DNA from: Basidiobolus meristosporus CBS 931.73
Lineage: Eukaryota; Fungi; Basidiobolomycota
Reading direction: 5' to 3'
Assembly: GCA_002104905.1 (NCBI GenBank)
Contig: MCFE01000227.1
Coordinates: 1 to 64,000, forward strand
DNA length: 64,000 nucleotides
Positions within the stretch are counted from its first letter, which is position 1, and each line of letters begins with the position of its first letter. A program made the position numbers and the translations under genes. The notes below the pieces were generated by a model that did no database searches, had not been told where the DNA came from, and saw only the letters and a program-made list of their open reading frames with translations. Below are positions 24,610-36,446 of the stretch, piece by piece.

Positions 24610-26750
24610 TCTTGCTGGCTGGTTGATACTTCTATATTGGCACCTGTCTGTCTTTGTCACCTTGAGAAAACTGAGTCATGTGAGTTTGTGATACCTTTAA
24701 GCTCACCTCAGCCTTCTGAATATGGCATGCAGAGTGATAGCTGTATGATCCAGAGACTGTCCTGATTCAAACATGTGTCAATAGTTACATGGAATTCACA
24801 TCCAAATGCTACCATTGCAACATCTCCAAATCATCAGGAATTCACCACCATTGAAGGAAAACACCATTGACACTCAGGATATATTCCAGCAATACCCTGT
24901 CTGAGGAAGCTGATGCGGTCCCACAAATATTGCAAAGCTATACAGTACCACACACAGTATCAATCAAGCACAAACATATCTAAATATTCAATGGCACACA
25001 TTACAAACAGTCAAGAAGCAAGGGCTACTTTGAAGGTATGTATGACAATGCCTTTGCCTTAGCACTTGATGGATTCTCATTAAACAAGCACTTTACCAGC
25101 AAATCCTGCTGGTCACTGACTTTTACTAATCTGAATCTGCTGCCCATCTTATGGCATCAGAGCTATAATCTGATGGTAGTCACACTGGTATCTGGGCCTA
25201 AATCACCATTCAACCTGGACAGCTACCTGAATCCATTACTGGATGAATCTTGTATGCTTTCCCATGGGATAACAGTAAATGTCCATCATGCAAAAGCACA
25301 TATTATTATCTGAGTTGGAGATGCCCCAGCCATCAGCAAGATTGCAGGTTTTCTAGGTGCAATGGATAGTATTGCTGTCAAATATGTGAGATCTAGGGAA
25401 TATACTTCATCACTCCCACACATTATTATTACCCAAAGACCTGCACTAAAAGCATCATCTTTCCATAGAGAGAACATACAGAAGTCAGCATGTAATTGCA
25501 GCAAAGTTGGCAAGCTATAAGCAATTGGCCAGAATATGGAATTAATTGGAAGCTGAAGATACTTAAGATAGACTGTATCTGTTGGAGAAAAAGCTTTCCA
25601 CTGAGAGCAATGCATTTGCTTTTCAACAATATCCCTATACTGATGACCAAGTTGTACATGGGGCATTTCAAGCTATATGAGCCCTTTGCAATACCAGAGA
25701 AATTTGAAAGAATTAGCAAGATATTACAGAGTATCTGCCATCCTAAGAACTTCTCACAGGCTCCAATAAATATTCATATGCATATGCACCAATACAAGTA
25801 CAAAGACTGGATACACTTCATATGTATTTATTCAAGTGGCCTTCTGAAGCCATTCCTACCAAGTGTACATTGGAGGCATTAGGAGTCATATGTAGACATT
25901 GTAGGAATATTTATCTGTAAGCAGATCACCAATGCAAACTTGATGCATCTGCAGCTGTTGTGCAAGGGGTTTATGATAGGATTTCAGTTGCTAAACTACA
26001 AACATAAAGCTCAATGTGTACATCTCTGCTACTACTGTATCCATTCTCTACTTCAACATGCATGGTGTGTGGAGAATATTGGGCTGTGCTTCACCTTTTG
26101 GGAGTTTCCTAAGTTACAGATGTGTGGAGAGATAGAAAGATGAGTCAAATTGCAAGTACTACCTTATCCCAATCTCATCAAGAATATTACTTTCAAGTCA
26201 ATCATGGATGTGAAGAGTTGACACATGGAAAACAGTCAAGAAGAGTTGGAAAATGCTGGGGACCTATGTGCACATGGAGTCACCTATGCCTATGACATCA
26301 AGAAGCTAAGCAGCCCCAATGCTTGGGTAATCTGTTAAGTAATGCAACATTGGGATGGGTGTAACAAGTAACTAATTTCTATTAGGAAAACTCTACCAAG
26401 GTATGCCAGATTTCCCATGGTCACAGTCCAACTTCTACACCATTAAATACAGATTTTGCACAAACAAGTGCCAGAGCACACTTATAAGGGGAACCAGAAT
26501 TGAGTAGGGAGAAGGATTACATATTGGCTAAGTACCAAAAGGCTCTTTGCAGATATTGAGGAGGTACTCATGGCAGAAGTGGCAACAACTAAACATATGT
26601 TTGCAAGTTGTATATGCTACCGGCAGTACAAGGTATGTGGCAATTTTGCAAGTATTACACCCAAACGCCGCAAAGTTGAGGTGAAAAAAGTGTGTCAATT
26701 GCAGCAGGTGTGTGCATTTGTAGAGGTTAATAAGCAGGAGGCCATGGTAT
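24610..26750 (+). pseudogene. En/Spm (Tnp2/Transposase_21-like) transposase, multiply disrupted; boundaries approximate
   Basis: Motifs across frames and copies: ACVNS.MAFT..ARCP.CQE, FALALDGFSLNK, SCWPLIL.N.NLPP, GPKSP..LDSYL.PLLDE, IGDTPAI.KIAGF.GHN.RYCCQIC, AMHLLFKNIP, IHSLL..GPC.TFWE.P. This is the established En/Spm motif order. Confidence 0.85.
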
Positions 26751-27142
26751 TTTTTGATTTAAAGTGTATGTGGAATGCCCAAGGTAGTAATGGGTAGCTA
26801 ATAAAGAGAGGTGATTCTACAGTGGAATATATGAATTGCACAAAGGGAGGTAGAAAAAGGAATTACTTTTTGTTAAATTGGTACAGTAGCTTTATACAGA
26901 GCCAGCTGTAGGCCCCCATACTGCCAATATAATGCCATCACAGTCTTGCTGTGAGGCAGTTGAAATTCTGGCAAGTTTCTTGTCAAGTTTTATCACTCTA
27001 TTTGGTAGTAGAGTTAGCAAAGCACCATTGTGATCCCATTATAAGATTGCTAAGCTGCTGATATTATTATGGTCACTTAATGGGATTCTGACAGCTGATC
27101 TGGACTCAATCCACCTAAAGGACCAGACTATTTTCCATAGGG

Positions 27143-28960
27143 TGACTACCCACAATTCTGGGCTGCTTAGCTTCTTTATGCCATAGGCATAGGCAACTCC
27201 ATGTGCACATCTTTCCTAAGAATTTTCCAACTCTTCCTGGCTGTCCTCCATATGACAACTCATCACATCCAATACAGACTTGAAAGGAATAGTCTTGGTG
27301 AGACTGGAATATGGCAGTACCTACAACTTGACTTGTCTTCCTATCTCCCCACACATCCGCTACATAGGAAACTTCCAAAAGGTCACGCAATGCTACCAGT
27401 GTACTCCTGGTGGGAATTACTTCAGAAGGCCACTTGAATAAATAAATATCAAGTTTATCCAGTCTTTGTACTTGTATTGTTGCATATGCATATGAATATT
27501 GATTGGAGCCTGTGAGAAGTTCTTAGGATGGCAGATACTCTGTAATATCTTGCCAATTCTTTCAAACTTCACTGCTATCTTGACAGTCTCATATAGCCTG
27601 AAATGCCCCTTGTGCAACTTGGTCCTCAGTATAGGGATATTCTTGAAAAGCAAATGCATTGCTCCCAGTGGAAAGCTTTTGCTCCAACAGATACAGTCTA
27701 TCTTAAGTATCTTCAGCTTTCAATTGAATCCATATTCTGGACAATTACTTATAGCTTGCCAACTTTACTGCGATTACATGCTGACTTCTGTATGTTCTCT
27801 CTGTGGAAAGATGATGTTCTTATTGCAGGTCTTTGGGTAATAATAATGTGTGTAAGTAATGGAGTATATCACTTTGATCTGACATATTTGACAGCAATAC
27901 CATCTATTGTGCCCAGAAAAGCCAGCTATCTTGTTGATGGCTGGTGTATCACCTATGCAGATGATAATATGTGCATTTACATGACAGCCATTCACTGTTA
28001 TCCTTGTTGAAAGGATATAAAATTAAACCAGCAATGGATACAGGTAGCTATCAAGGTTGCACAGTGATTTTAGCTTAGATACCCTTATGACTACCATCAG
28101 AATTTGGCTCTGATACTATAGATGGGGCAGCAGATTCAGGTTGAAGAGAATCAGGGACTGTCAGGATTTGCTGGTGGTGTACTTACTAAATCAGAATCAA
28201 TCAAGTGCCAAATCAAGACATAGTTATACATACCTACAGAGTAGCCCTTCAATCTAAATTGTTTGCAATGTTTGCCATCCAATATATCAGATATGTCTGT
28301 ACTTGATTGATACTGAGTGCAGTACATCATAGCTTCACTATATTCATTAGACTGTATGAGCTTCTTCAGATGGGGTATTACCAGAAACTATCTAGAATGG
28401 GAACAGTGTTTTCCCTGACAGTGGTGGATTCCTGACAAGTTGGTCACCTTGCAATAGTGGCATATTTAGATGCCAATGTCAAGTAACTGTTAACACAAGC
28501 AGGTATCAGGATGGTTTCTGGCTCATATGCTGCCAGTAACATAATGGTTGTTCATGTATACCAAGTACATGGTAAGTTGCCTCCTAGGATGACATTGACA
28601 AGAAGTAGTGGTAAACCCTCAAAGCCCTCATTACTAGTACTAGTAGAAATGCACTACTTCTCTGGCAACAACTTCACATCATTCACCAGTAGATGGATTA
28701 TTAGGCTGACTTGACTCCATGAAATATCCTTGACATTTTTTTCCACTGGTGTTGTTTCATTGCATTTTGGGGTTTTACCTGGCTCACACAGGGTATTGTA
28801 GTTTGGGGAGATTGGCCCACAGTCCATCAGTGAGCCTGCTTCATCAGAGCTATCACTTGGCATACCATATTTAGAAGGTTGGGGTAAGCCTAAAGGTGTC
28901 ATATACTCACCTGACTCAGTTTCCACAAGGTGACAAGTACTGCTAGGTGCCATCATCAAA
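27143..28960 (-). pseudogene. En/Spm transposase relic
   Basis: ORFs 27417-27659 and 27774-27995 give MHLLFKNIPIL and HIIICIGDTPAINKIAGFSGHNRWYCCQIC. Confidence 0.82.
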
Positions 28961-29528
28961 GCATCAAGTGGCCTGCAAGATACTGCTGGTACAGCAGTGA
29001 CTGAGGTATGGTCAAATGTGACTTGTGTAGCAAAACAATGGCCACAATCTTTGTAAAACTTTCAATGCTGTTTGTATGCTTCATGGTCAAGAGGATTGCT
29101 ACAAAAGCCACCTGGTCTTTTTTTGCTTCTCTTACAGTGTTGAGTCAAAGTAGTATTGTCCATAAGGCAAACAGTTTGACACTTAACACTGCAACACTGC
29201 CATATTGTATTTTTGTCAATACTCATGTGAATTCAAGACAGTTTTCCAATCGAAACATTACACCTACATGAATGTAAGATGAAATGTTGATCTGTCATAG
29301 TAAGCATTACAAGTAATGTTGTGGCACCACTTACACATATACATATTACACCATTTTCCCTTTGGTATGACTCACTTTGATGTATATGCTGCCAAGAAAT
29401 AATGCATAATCATCTGGTTCCCAACTAAACCCCCTGCTGACAGCAGCAGAAGAATGGTTGGACAACAGCTTGCTTTGATATTCAGTACAATATGCAGGGC
29501 TACAACCAAAAAAAGCCCTGTGGACATA

Positions 29529-30262
29529 AGACTTGTTCTGTTGGATAGTCCCACATTGAGCCATGAGTGCCAAATGATGCCATAGTGTGCCAGAGAGGTC
29601 AAGTGAGCCTATACTTGGCCACAGAGTGTGAAACATAGCTCTGCATCTTCATGTAAAGCAGCCCCTGTATTTCACCCATTGCACAGGAGAAAATCCATTT
29701 TTTGACCTTTTTTTGTGGATCAATGTAGCTCAGGATGTGTAAGAGCACAGTAGAACTGACAATATGCATCTGGTACTCAATACCCATGGCACTCTGAATC
29801 TAGCTCCTGTAGCTTGTATCATGTCACAAAAATGAATGGCACTATCTTGGTCCACTGGTACTATCTGGCACTATAAGTGCTTTGTATAGATCTTACTTTA
29901 GGGCTAATATTTAAATATAGTGCCAGATAGTACCAGTGGACCAAGATAGTGCCATTCATTTTTGTGACATGATACAAGCTACAGGAGCTAGATTCAGAGT
30001 GCCAAGGGTATTGAGTACCAGATGCATATCTTCAATCTGCTGGTGCTCTAATACATCCTGCACAATATTGATCCAAAAAAAAAGGTCAAAAAATGGATTT
30101 TCTCCAACACAATGGGTGAAACACAGGGGCTGCTTTGCATGAGGATGCAGAGCTATGTTTCACACTCTGTGGCCAGGTGGAGGCTATATTGGCCTCTCTG
30201 GCACACTATGGCATCATTTGGTACTCATGGCTCAATGTGGCACTATCCAACGGAACAAGTCT
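29529..30262. mobile_element. Foldback element copy C, 734 bp
   Basis: Same termini and spacer; TSD ATA at 29526-29528 and 30263-30265. Confidence 0.95.
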
Positions 30263-30334
30263 ATAGTGCCCACTAAAGGTAATAATACAACACCTCAGGC
30301 TCTCAGTCAAGTAGGCAGTTGAAAATCATTGCGG

Positions 30335-31412
30335 TGTGGTGGTGTATAAGTCCAAAGGGCAAAATACAACCAACACTTCTCAAGTGTGAATGTGTGTGGG
30401 GTGTTCACTGGGTGCGATAACCTCTGGCAAAAGCTTGCTAGGAATACTGGGTCTTTTATCTAATCTAATGTGATGGGGGATAAAGCCTCAAGCTTGTCAA
30501 GGGAAAACTATTGAACTACAATCCCCAACTTAGTTGGCGTCTTAACAAAAGTTTATAATGGCTTTGACGTCCTTTGAGATGACAATGTACTAAAGCTTCC
30601 AAAGTCAAAACAACTGTAAACTCCACCAACAGGGACTTGATAAGAATGCAGCTTTGACCAATAGTTACAAAGACTGAAAAGTATCTTTGCCTGTACAAGA
30701 ACAAACTTGGGAAAACAAACAATATAATAAAATATACCTACTCTGAGTATTCCTCACAAGTAGTGCCTCCAAGGTCAGTTGGCTGTCAGCGCGGTTTCCT
30801 GGGAGTATTGTCAGGTCTGAGTCAGAAAATAGTGGTAATAGGTAGCGGTGATCTCACTAATCAATAAGTTGGAATATTGGAAGAGGGATGATTTATTTTA
30901 AGGGATAGCCTCCCTTATATACTTTTTTGCTGCTCAATTTCTTGCTAGAAAATACTTTCCCGAAGTTTCCAGAAGGTAGTAGACAACCAATCATGTCTTT
31001 GTGTACTAAAAATAGCGCAAATTCTTGGCGGATTGTTCCATGAGACATAGTAGTACCTAGCCAATCAGGTAGTGGTAACATGAAACCTCTGTGTCATGTG
31101 GTTGCCTCTTATGGTAGTGAGATGGGGGATTATGAGACCAAGATGGTCACGTGACATGGGCACTGTTGGGGTACTTGCCATATAAGGTAACTATCTTATC
31201 TTGGCATCTCGGCAAGGAATAAGAATAGCTTGTGCAATGGGTTAATAGTGACAAATAGTTTGTCAGGTTGCATAGTAATAATCACATAGACAAAAATAGG
31301 AAATATTGCAAATTTGGGATGATAATAATATAGGCGGGGTAATCCTTTTTAGGGAAGTGAACGCATAAGAATGAGCACATCTGCCTGTGGGTGTCACTGT
31401 GACCCCACTACA
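30335..31412 (-). repeat. 3' LTR of the Ty3 element
   Basis: Direct repeat of 36447-37524; plus strand reads TGTGGTGG...CCCCACTACA. Confidence 0.96.
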
Positions 31413-31426
31413 TCCACCCCCCTCTC
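31413..31426 (-). other. Polypurine tract
   Basis: GAGAGGGGGG(TGGA) directly upstream of the 3' LTR. Confidence 0.85.
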
Positions 31427-31451
31427 AGCTTTGAACTCAGGTCAAAGCAAA

Positions 31452-33974
31452 CTAAATGTGATGTGCGAAATTCCGGTGCTTGAATAGCTTAAGTTGGTTT
31501 CCTGCCACAGGTGCTCTTAGCGGTGTTCCATCAAGTTCAGACAGGTAGTAGCTTCCATTTCCAATCACCTTAGAGACAATATATGGGCCAGACCACTTAT
31601 TGTCAAATTTGCGACTCCACTGCTTGTCTAAAGTGGAATCATAGAGCAGTACTGGATCTCCTTGCAGTAATGGCTTTGGTCTAAGGCTATGTGACTTGTC
31701 AAATGGTTCCCTGTTCTGAAGTCTTGTCTCTTTGAGTTTAGCAGCTGCTTGGGTAATATCAAGTTCATGGTGATCAAGCTGTTTGATGCGTGTAGTCAGT
31801 AGTTCTTCTGTACTCATTGTAGTTCTCCACTCTAGCATGTTCCAGGATATTGAGTCAAGCTCTATGGGAAGAACGCAATCATGTCCGTAAAGCAATTTGA
31901 ATGGAGATAGACCTGTGCTGCACTTTGTAGTGATTCTATCTGCCCAGAGTGCTAGATGAAGCTGTGTAGGCCACTGTAGTGTCATGTTGTTGCAGCTCTT
32001 GACCAGGGAGTTAACTAGCGGGCCATGGCCTCTTTCAACCATTCCATTGGCCTGTGGGTGATAAGCGGTAGTGAAAGCAATATGTATCTTGTATTGTGAG
32101 CAGAGTTCCTGGATCAAATTTGAGGTCATTTCTCCTCGGTCAGCAACAAACTGGCTGATGCAGCCAAATCTGCATATTATATCTTCAAGAATAAATCTCC
32201 ATATGGTGTGGCTTTTGTTATTGGGTAGGGCTCGAGCTTCTACCCACCCACTCAGATCATCTCTGGCAACAACAAGGTACTTCTTGGTTCCAGCAGTTGG
32301 CATGTGGACCAGGTCAATGCCAACCTTCTGCCATAGACAAGGTGTGTAGGTTGGATGGAGTGGCTCCTCATATCTCTTGGTTGACCTTCTTTGGCAAATG
32401 TCACAAGATTCAACAAAGTGTTGGACATCATGATACATATGCTCCCAGTAGTATCTACTGGAAACAACATTGTAAGTGGCATCTCTGCCTCTATGACCAC
32501 CGGGTCTTCCTTCATGAAGGCTTGACATAATAGTCAGTTGTTCTTGGAGCTCAACTATAACTCTTCTTGGTGTCTGTCCAGGCTTTACTCGTTTGAAGAG
32601 GAGGCCGTCTTTTATGTAGAAATGATGGGCCTTCTTCCTGAGCTTTCTGAAATCATGTGGGCTCATTTCTGGTGGCTTCTCTAAGGTTCTCAGATAGTCT
32701 TGAATGGTGTTCCACGTAGAGTTGCTGGGCTTCTTCACGTGTAGTTGTCGGATTTCTGCATCAATTATGTCATCAAAGTCAGGGTCCATATCTTCAGACA
32801 ACTGTGGTCCCTTCCTGGAGAGTGCATCAGCCACAACATTTGTCTTGCCAGGGATATGTCTGACCTCAAAGTCAAACATTTTCAGCCATGCCATCCACCA
32901 ATTTGTGGCATCATCAGGTAGATCAGGCTTGTTGATCATTCCTATAAGTGGCTTAGCATCTGTCTCCAGGATGAAATGTGTCATGTAGAGTTGTGACTTC
33001 AGCTTTCTCAGCATCTTCACAACTCCTAGTAGCTCTCTCTTAATCTGTGAGTATCTTTGTTCTCTAGGAGAGAAGAGGCAGCTCTCATATCTGCAGGTAT
33101 AGCGGTTACCATCTTCATCATCTTGGCCAAGTAGTGCTCCAGCTCCTACAGGGCTTGCATCCACCGTCAAGATAGGTGGGCATTCAGTGTTCTGATAGTC
33201 AAGAGGTCTCAGAACTGGTGGAGATACTAAGGCCTCTTTTAGTAATTGCATGGCTTCTTCTTGCTCTTCTCCCCAGTTAAATGGGGCATTCTTTCTCTGT
33301 AGTCGGTAGATTGGTTCTGCTATCTCAGAAAATCTTGGGATCCAGATCCTAAAGAACCCACAAGCTGCCACAAAGCCACGAGCTTGTGTTAGATTTGTGG
33401 GGGTAGGCCAGTTGCATATCTTTTGTGTCTTGGAGTCTCCGGGTGAACGGCCAAATGTGTTGCATTTTTGTCCAACAATGGATATCTCTGATACACCAAA
33501 GCTGCTTTTCTCACCACTGATGGTGAGTCCAGCTTCTTCAATGGCTCCTAATATGACATCATTGTCTGAAATATGGTCATAGACAAACTTTCTTACTCCA
33601 GGCATAACTTCAGTTGTGTCCTGGAGTTTTGGTCCTTTGATGCCTAAGTCATCAACAAAGACAGCAAGTTTCTCAGGTATAAACTGGTAGAGCACATTTA
33701 CCATGCACCTCTGGAACTGAGCCACGGAGTTTGTTGCCCCTTGGCTAAGTCTTGTCATTCTTAACAGTCCAAATGGTGTCTGGAGTGCAAACATATCTCT
33801 TGATGTCTCATCTAGGGGAATCTGGTCGTATCCTGAGTAGAGATCATATGTTGAGTAGATAGGAGTGACCACTAAAGCTTTCTGCAAAGTCATCAATAGA
33901 CGGAGGTATTGCGGCATCTCTGATAGTGACAGCATTTGCAGGTTGCATGTCTTGAATGAATCGGAGCTTCCCAT
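31452..33974 (-). CDS. Ty3 pol, C-terminal part: RT, RNase H, integrase
   Basis: YSTYDLYSGYDQ, LSQGATNS, VFVDD, DASPVG, YSQIKRE, NVVADALSR, H..GH..CDIC zinc finger, IDLV..DRG..YHPQANGMVER. The true reading frame starts near 33863. Confidence 0.93.
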   Translation of the reverse strand: MGSSDSFKTCNLQMLSLSEMPQYLRLLMTLQKALVVTPIYSTYDLYSGYDQIPLDETSRDMFALQTPFGLLRMTRLSQGATNSVAQFQRCMVNVLYQFIPEKLAVFVDDLGIKGPKLQDTTEVMPGVRKFVYDHISDNDVILGAIEEAGLTISGEKSSFGVSEISIVGQKCNTFGRSPGDSKTQKICNWPTPTNLTQARGFVAACGFFRIWIPRFSEIAEPIYRLQRKNAPFNWGEEQEEAMQLLKEALVSPPVLRPLDYQNTECPPILTVDASPVGAGALLGQDDEDGNRYTCRYESCLFSPREQRYSQIKRELLGVVKMLRKLKSQLYMTHFILETDAKPLIGMINKPDLPDDATNWWMAWLKMFDFEVRHIPGKTNVVADALSRKGPQLSEDMDPDFDDIIDAEIRQLHVKKPSNSTWNTIQDYLRTLEKPPEMSPHDFRKLRKKAHHFYIKDGLLFKRVKPGQTPRRVIVELQEQLTIMSSLHEGRPGGHRGRDATYNVVSSRYYWEHMYHDVQHFVESCDICQRRSTKRYEEPLHPTYTPCLWQKVGIDLVHMPTAGTKKYLVVARDDLSGWVEARALPNNKSHTIWRFILEDIICRFGCISQFVADRGEMTSNLIQELCSQYKIHIAFTTAYHPQANGMVERGHGPLVNSLVKSCNNMTLQWPTQLHLALWADRITTKCSTGLSPFKLLYGHDCVLPIELDSISWNMLEWRTTMSTEELLTTRIKQLDHHELDITQAAAKLKETRLQNREPFDKSHSLRPKPLLQGDPVLLYDSTLDKQWSRKFDNKWSGPYIVSKVIGNGSYYLSELDGTPLRAPVAGNQLKLFKHRNFAHHI

Positions 33975-36306
33975 TCTTCTTTTTGGTCACAAACCATCTG
34001 TTAGCATAAGGTCCATGGCAAGGTTCTAGGATACCAGCTTCAATCTTCTTCTTAAGTAGGTCATGCACATCAGCTTGGAGTCCTCTAGGCAGTGGGTAAG
34101 GTTTAAATGACCAGGGTGTGTGGGGCACTGTATGAATTTTGATAGGTTTTTCAACTGATGTCTTTAAGAGTCCCATCTCCTTGTCGTTATATGAGAAAAC
34201 CTTATCATGCCTTTTCAGGGTTTCTTCAAATAGTAAGATCTCCTCCGGTGTTAGGTTTCCATCACCAATGATAAGTTGCTTAAGTCTCTCAGGTGTAAGT
34301 CGTATATCTTCTGGTGTTCCTTCTGGTGGTCTGATGTAATCAGCAGGTCGAGACCCATCAGTTAAAGGTGTAAGTGATGGTCTAATCTTCTGTTCCACTG
34401 TCTTGTATTTTGTGCAAACCATAGCTGACTGCTCCTGTATACCTAATGAGCAGCTCCAACTGTTAGGGTGTATACTGTCAGGCTCCTCATCTTCTTCTAT
34501 AACAAGATGTGTCTTCTGGCAAGCGGTATGTGTCCTCTTATTGTTGGGTGTTACCCCACAGAATGTTGACTGTAGTCCTGGGTTGGATCCTTGTATAGTG
34601 TACCACACTGACCCATCAGAATAGTTGGTAGTTGTAGCCTTAGTACTGGTCTCCCATGGTCTGCCTAACAGAAGGTCAAAGTTTGCCTTCTGGCAGATAA
34701 AGAGGGGAAGCCAGACCTTGATTCCTTGTACCTCAATAGGGAACTTGTGCACTACACCATAGAGTGGGCTAGACCCTGAGTTTGCATCAGTCATGTTCCA
34801 TCCAATATCTCTATCAACAGGCAGTAGCTCCTTGCTTCTAAGTGTCTTCCAGAAGTCTAGCGGCATAACACAAATCTCTGAACCACTGTCAATATGGCAG
34901 TCAACAGGGTCATCATGTATATACCCTTTCACCACAGCAGTTGCAACTGAGTAAAAGGTCTTATATTTGGTAGCGTTGTCATCCTTTTTGTGGTCTTCAT
35001 GGTTTGTCTGGATTATATGGGTGTCCATATGTTCAACAGCTTGTCTTCTTGTTCTAAGCTGCTCATCAAAGGTCTTCCTAACAGACGGTGATACACTCAT
35101 GATTTCTCCAACTGACAAAGTGAGGTTCTGCTTCAGTAGTTTCTCAGTAATCAATTGGGGGCTTGAGTAGCCTGCTATCTTTGAGGTCATCTGAAAGTGA
35201 GGTAATGGGTCTTGGGTAGGCAGTGTTCCAGGCCTCTTGTCAATAATAACCTCAGGCTCTTCAAATCGTGGTCTTCTAAGGATGGGTTTGACAGGTTCTT
35301 CAGGAAGGTGTCTCTTAGTAGCAAAGGTGTCTACTTCGTATTTTCTGTTGTCAGGGCTGTTTGGACTCACTGTATGAGTCTCAATAGGGGCATCAACAGT
35401 AATCTTTCTAGTTGCTGAGTCAGACTTCTGGAAAAGGGCTCTCATTCCGCCTCTTCGGAAATTAGTGGGAATCCTTTTTCCTTCCTTATCAGCAAGCATT
35501 CCATCAGCATCAAACTGTACTGTTCCTTCTCTAAGTAGCTGGCTAAGCTCTGAGCATTCACGTCTGGCATGCTGAGTAGAGTCACACCAAATGCAGTGTC
35601 TAGGCAAAGCTCTTTGGCCCTCAGTAGCTACCTCAGCTGAGCCGTTAACCTTGAGGGCTAGCTTTTGTAGCTGTTCAGCAAGTTGGTCAATTCTGTCGGT
35701 AGTGTAGGTCTGATTGTCAGCAACAGCACTCTTTAGCTCCTTGGTTGGCTGGTCTGGCAGATTAGATGTCAGGAGTCTCATAAAGGTAGAAGTTTGCTTT
35801 GCCTCTAGGAGTACACGTTTCATCTCTGCAAAGCAAGGAATGCCAGACTTGTCATCCTTGGCTGCATGTAGGTCAACTTTCCTTGCCAACTCCTGGGGAA
35901 GCCCTTGTGCAAGGTAAAGTGTCATGGTAAACTCAGTTATTGCCTGGGACTCTAGGAGTGGCTTGGCCATATCTTCATATTGTTGAATGAACTCTTCAAT
36001 TGGTAGCTTGGAGAGTCCCATCCTCCCAAAGTGTCTGAGGTCTTCAATTCCATAGTATATCTGGGGTCTGCCATACTCGGCCTGTAGGTAGGTCTTCATT
36101 AAGGTCCAGTCAGTCAGAATGTCTCCTTGTCTGAGAAGCTTGGTAGTAATATCATCAGTGCAGTAGTAGGGGAAGTCTTCAGCCATTTCTTGTTCAGATA
36201 GGCTGCACATCTTGCAGAGCTTCTCCCATTTGAATATGAAGCTCTCCACATTCTTTCCATCGAACTGTGGGGCTCCATGTGAGAGTGGTAACGGCATAGA
36301 GTTCAT
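33844..36306 (-). CDS. Ty3 gag-protease-RT N-terminus (gag-pol, frameshifted)
   Basis: APQFDGKNV gag start, CCHC knuckle CIWCDSTQHARREC, protease IDSGSEI, PWSFKPYP, GPYANRWF, KKKNGKLRFIQD. Confidence 0.93.
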   Translation of the reverse strand: MNSMPLPLSHGAPQFDGKNVESFIFKWEKLCKMCSLSEQEMAEDFPYYCTDDITTKLLRQGDILTDWTLMKTYLQAEYGRPQIYYGIEDLRHFGRMGLSKLPIEEFIQQYEDMAKPLLESQAITEFTMTLYLAQGLPQELARKVDLHAAKDDKSGIPCFAEMKRVLLEAKQTSTFMRLLTSNLPDQPTKELKSAVADNQTYTTDRIDQLAEQLQKLALKVNGSAEVATEGQRALPRHCIWCDSTQHARRECSELSQLLREGTVQFDADGMLADKEGKRIPTNFRRGGMRALFQKSDSATRKITVDAPIETHTVSPNSPDNRKYEVDTFATKRHLPEEPVKPILRRPRFEEPEVIIDKRPGTLPTQDPLPHFQMTSKIAGYSSPQLITEKLLKQNLTLSVGEIMSVSPSVRKTFDEQLRTRRQAVEHMDTHIIQTNHEDHKKDDNATKYKTFYSVATAVVKGYIHDDPVDCHIDSGSEICVMPLDFWKTLRSKELLPVDRDIGWNMTDANSGSSPLYGVVHKFPIEVQGIKVWLPLFICQKANFDLLLGRPWETSTKATTTNYSDGSVWYTIQGSNPGLQSTFCGVTPNNKRTHTACQKTHLVIEEDEEPDSIHPNSWSCSLGIQEQSAMVCTKYKTVEQKIRPSLTPLTDGSRPADYIRPPEGTPEDIRLTPERLKQLIIGDGNLTPEEILLFEETLKRHDKVFSYNDKEMGLLKTSVEKPIKIHTVPHTPWSFKPYPLPRGLQADVHDLLKKKIEAGILEPCHGPYANRWFVTKKKNGKLRFIQDMQPANAVTIRDAAIPPSIDDFAESFSGHSYLLNI

Positions 36307-36424
36307 TTTGGGTACGTAGGTTGGTGTTATAGTCTTGATAATATCGGTAGTCTTGTTTCAATAAATGGGTGACGGCTCAAATCTTCAGGTAAATCTTGTT
36401 GGGTCCTAGGGAGCTTGTATGAAC

Positions 36425-36442
36425 CCCCCACGTTGGGTGCCA
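36425..36442 (-). other. Primer binding site, tRNA-Lys(CUU)-type
   Basis: TGGCACCCAACGTGGGGG, 4 nt from the 5' LTR, compared with the known Lys1,2 PBS TGGCGCCCAACGTGGGGC. Confidence 0.8.
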
Positions 36443-36446
36443 AATA

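Larger units (their letters stand above)
21256..27142 (+). mobile_element. Near full-length decayed CMC-En/Spm element nested in another copy
   Basis: Termini CCCTATGAAAAA / TTTTCCATAGGG; 3-bp TSD TAA/TGA (one mismatch); divergent second gene (minus, ~21.5-23.5 kb) and transposase (plus). Confidence 0.82.
19510..30334 (-). mobile_element. En/Spm element (transposase on minus), outer host; truncated by the Ty3 at 30335
   Basis: CCCTATGG terminus at 19510; transposase remnants at ~19.9-21.25 kb continue at 27143-28.9 kb once the nested element is removed. Confidence 0.7.

Noticed and set aside
33844-33974. Programmed gag-pol ribosomal frameshift
   Set aside because: The break lies inside RT, downstream of the protease, with no slippery heptamer; a 1-nt insertion explains it.
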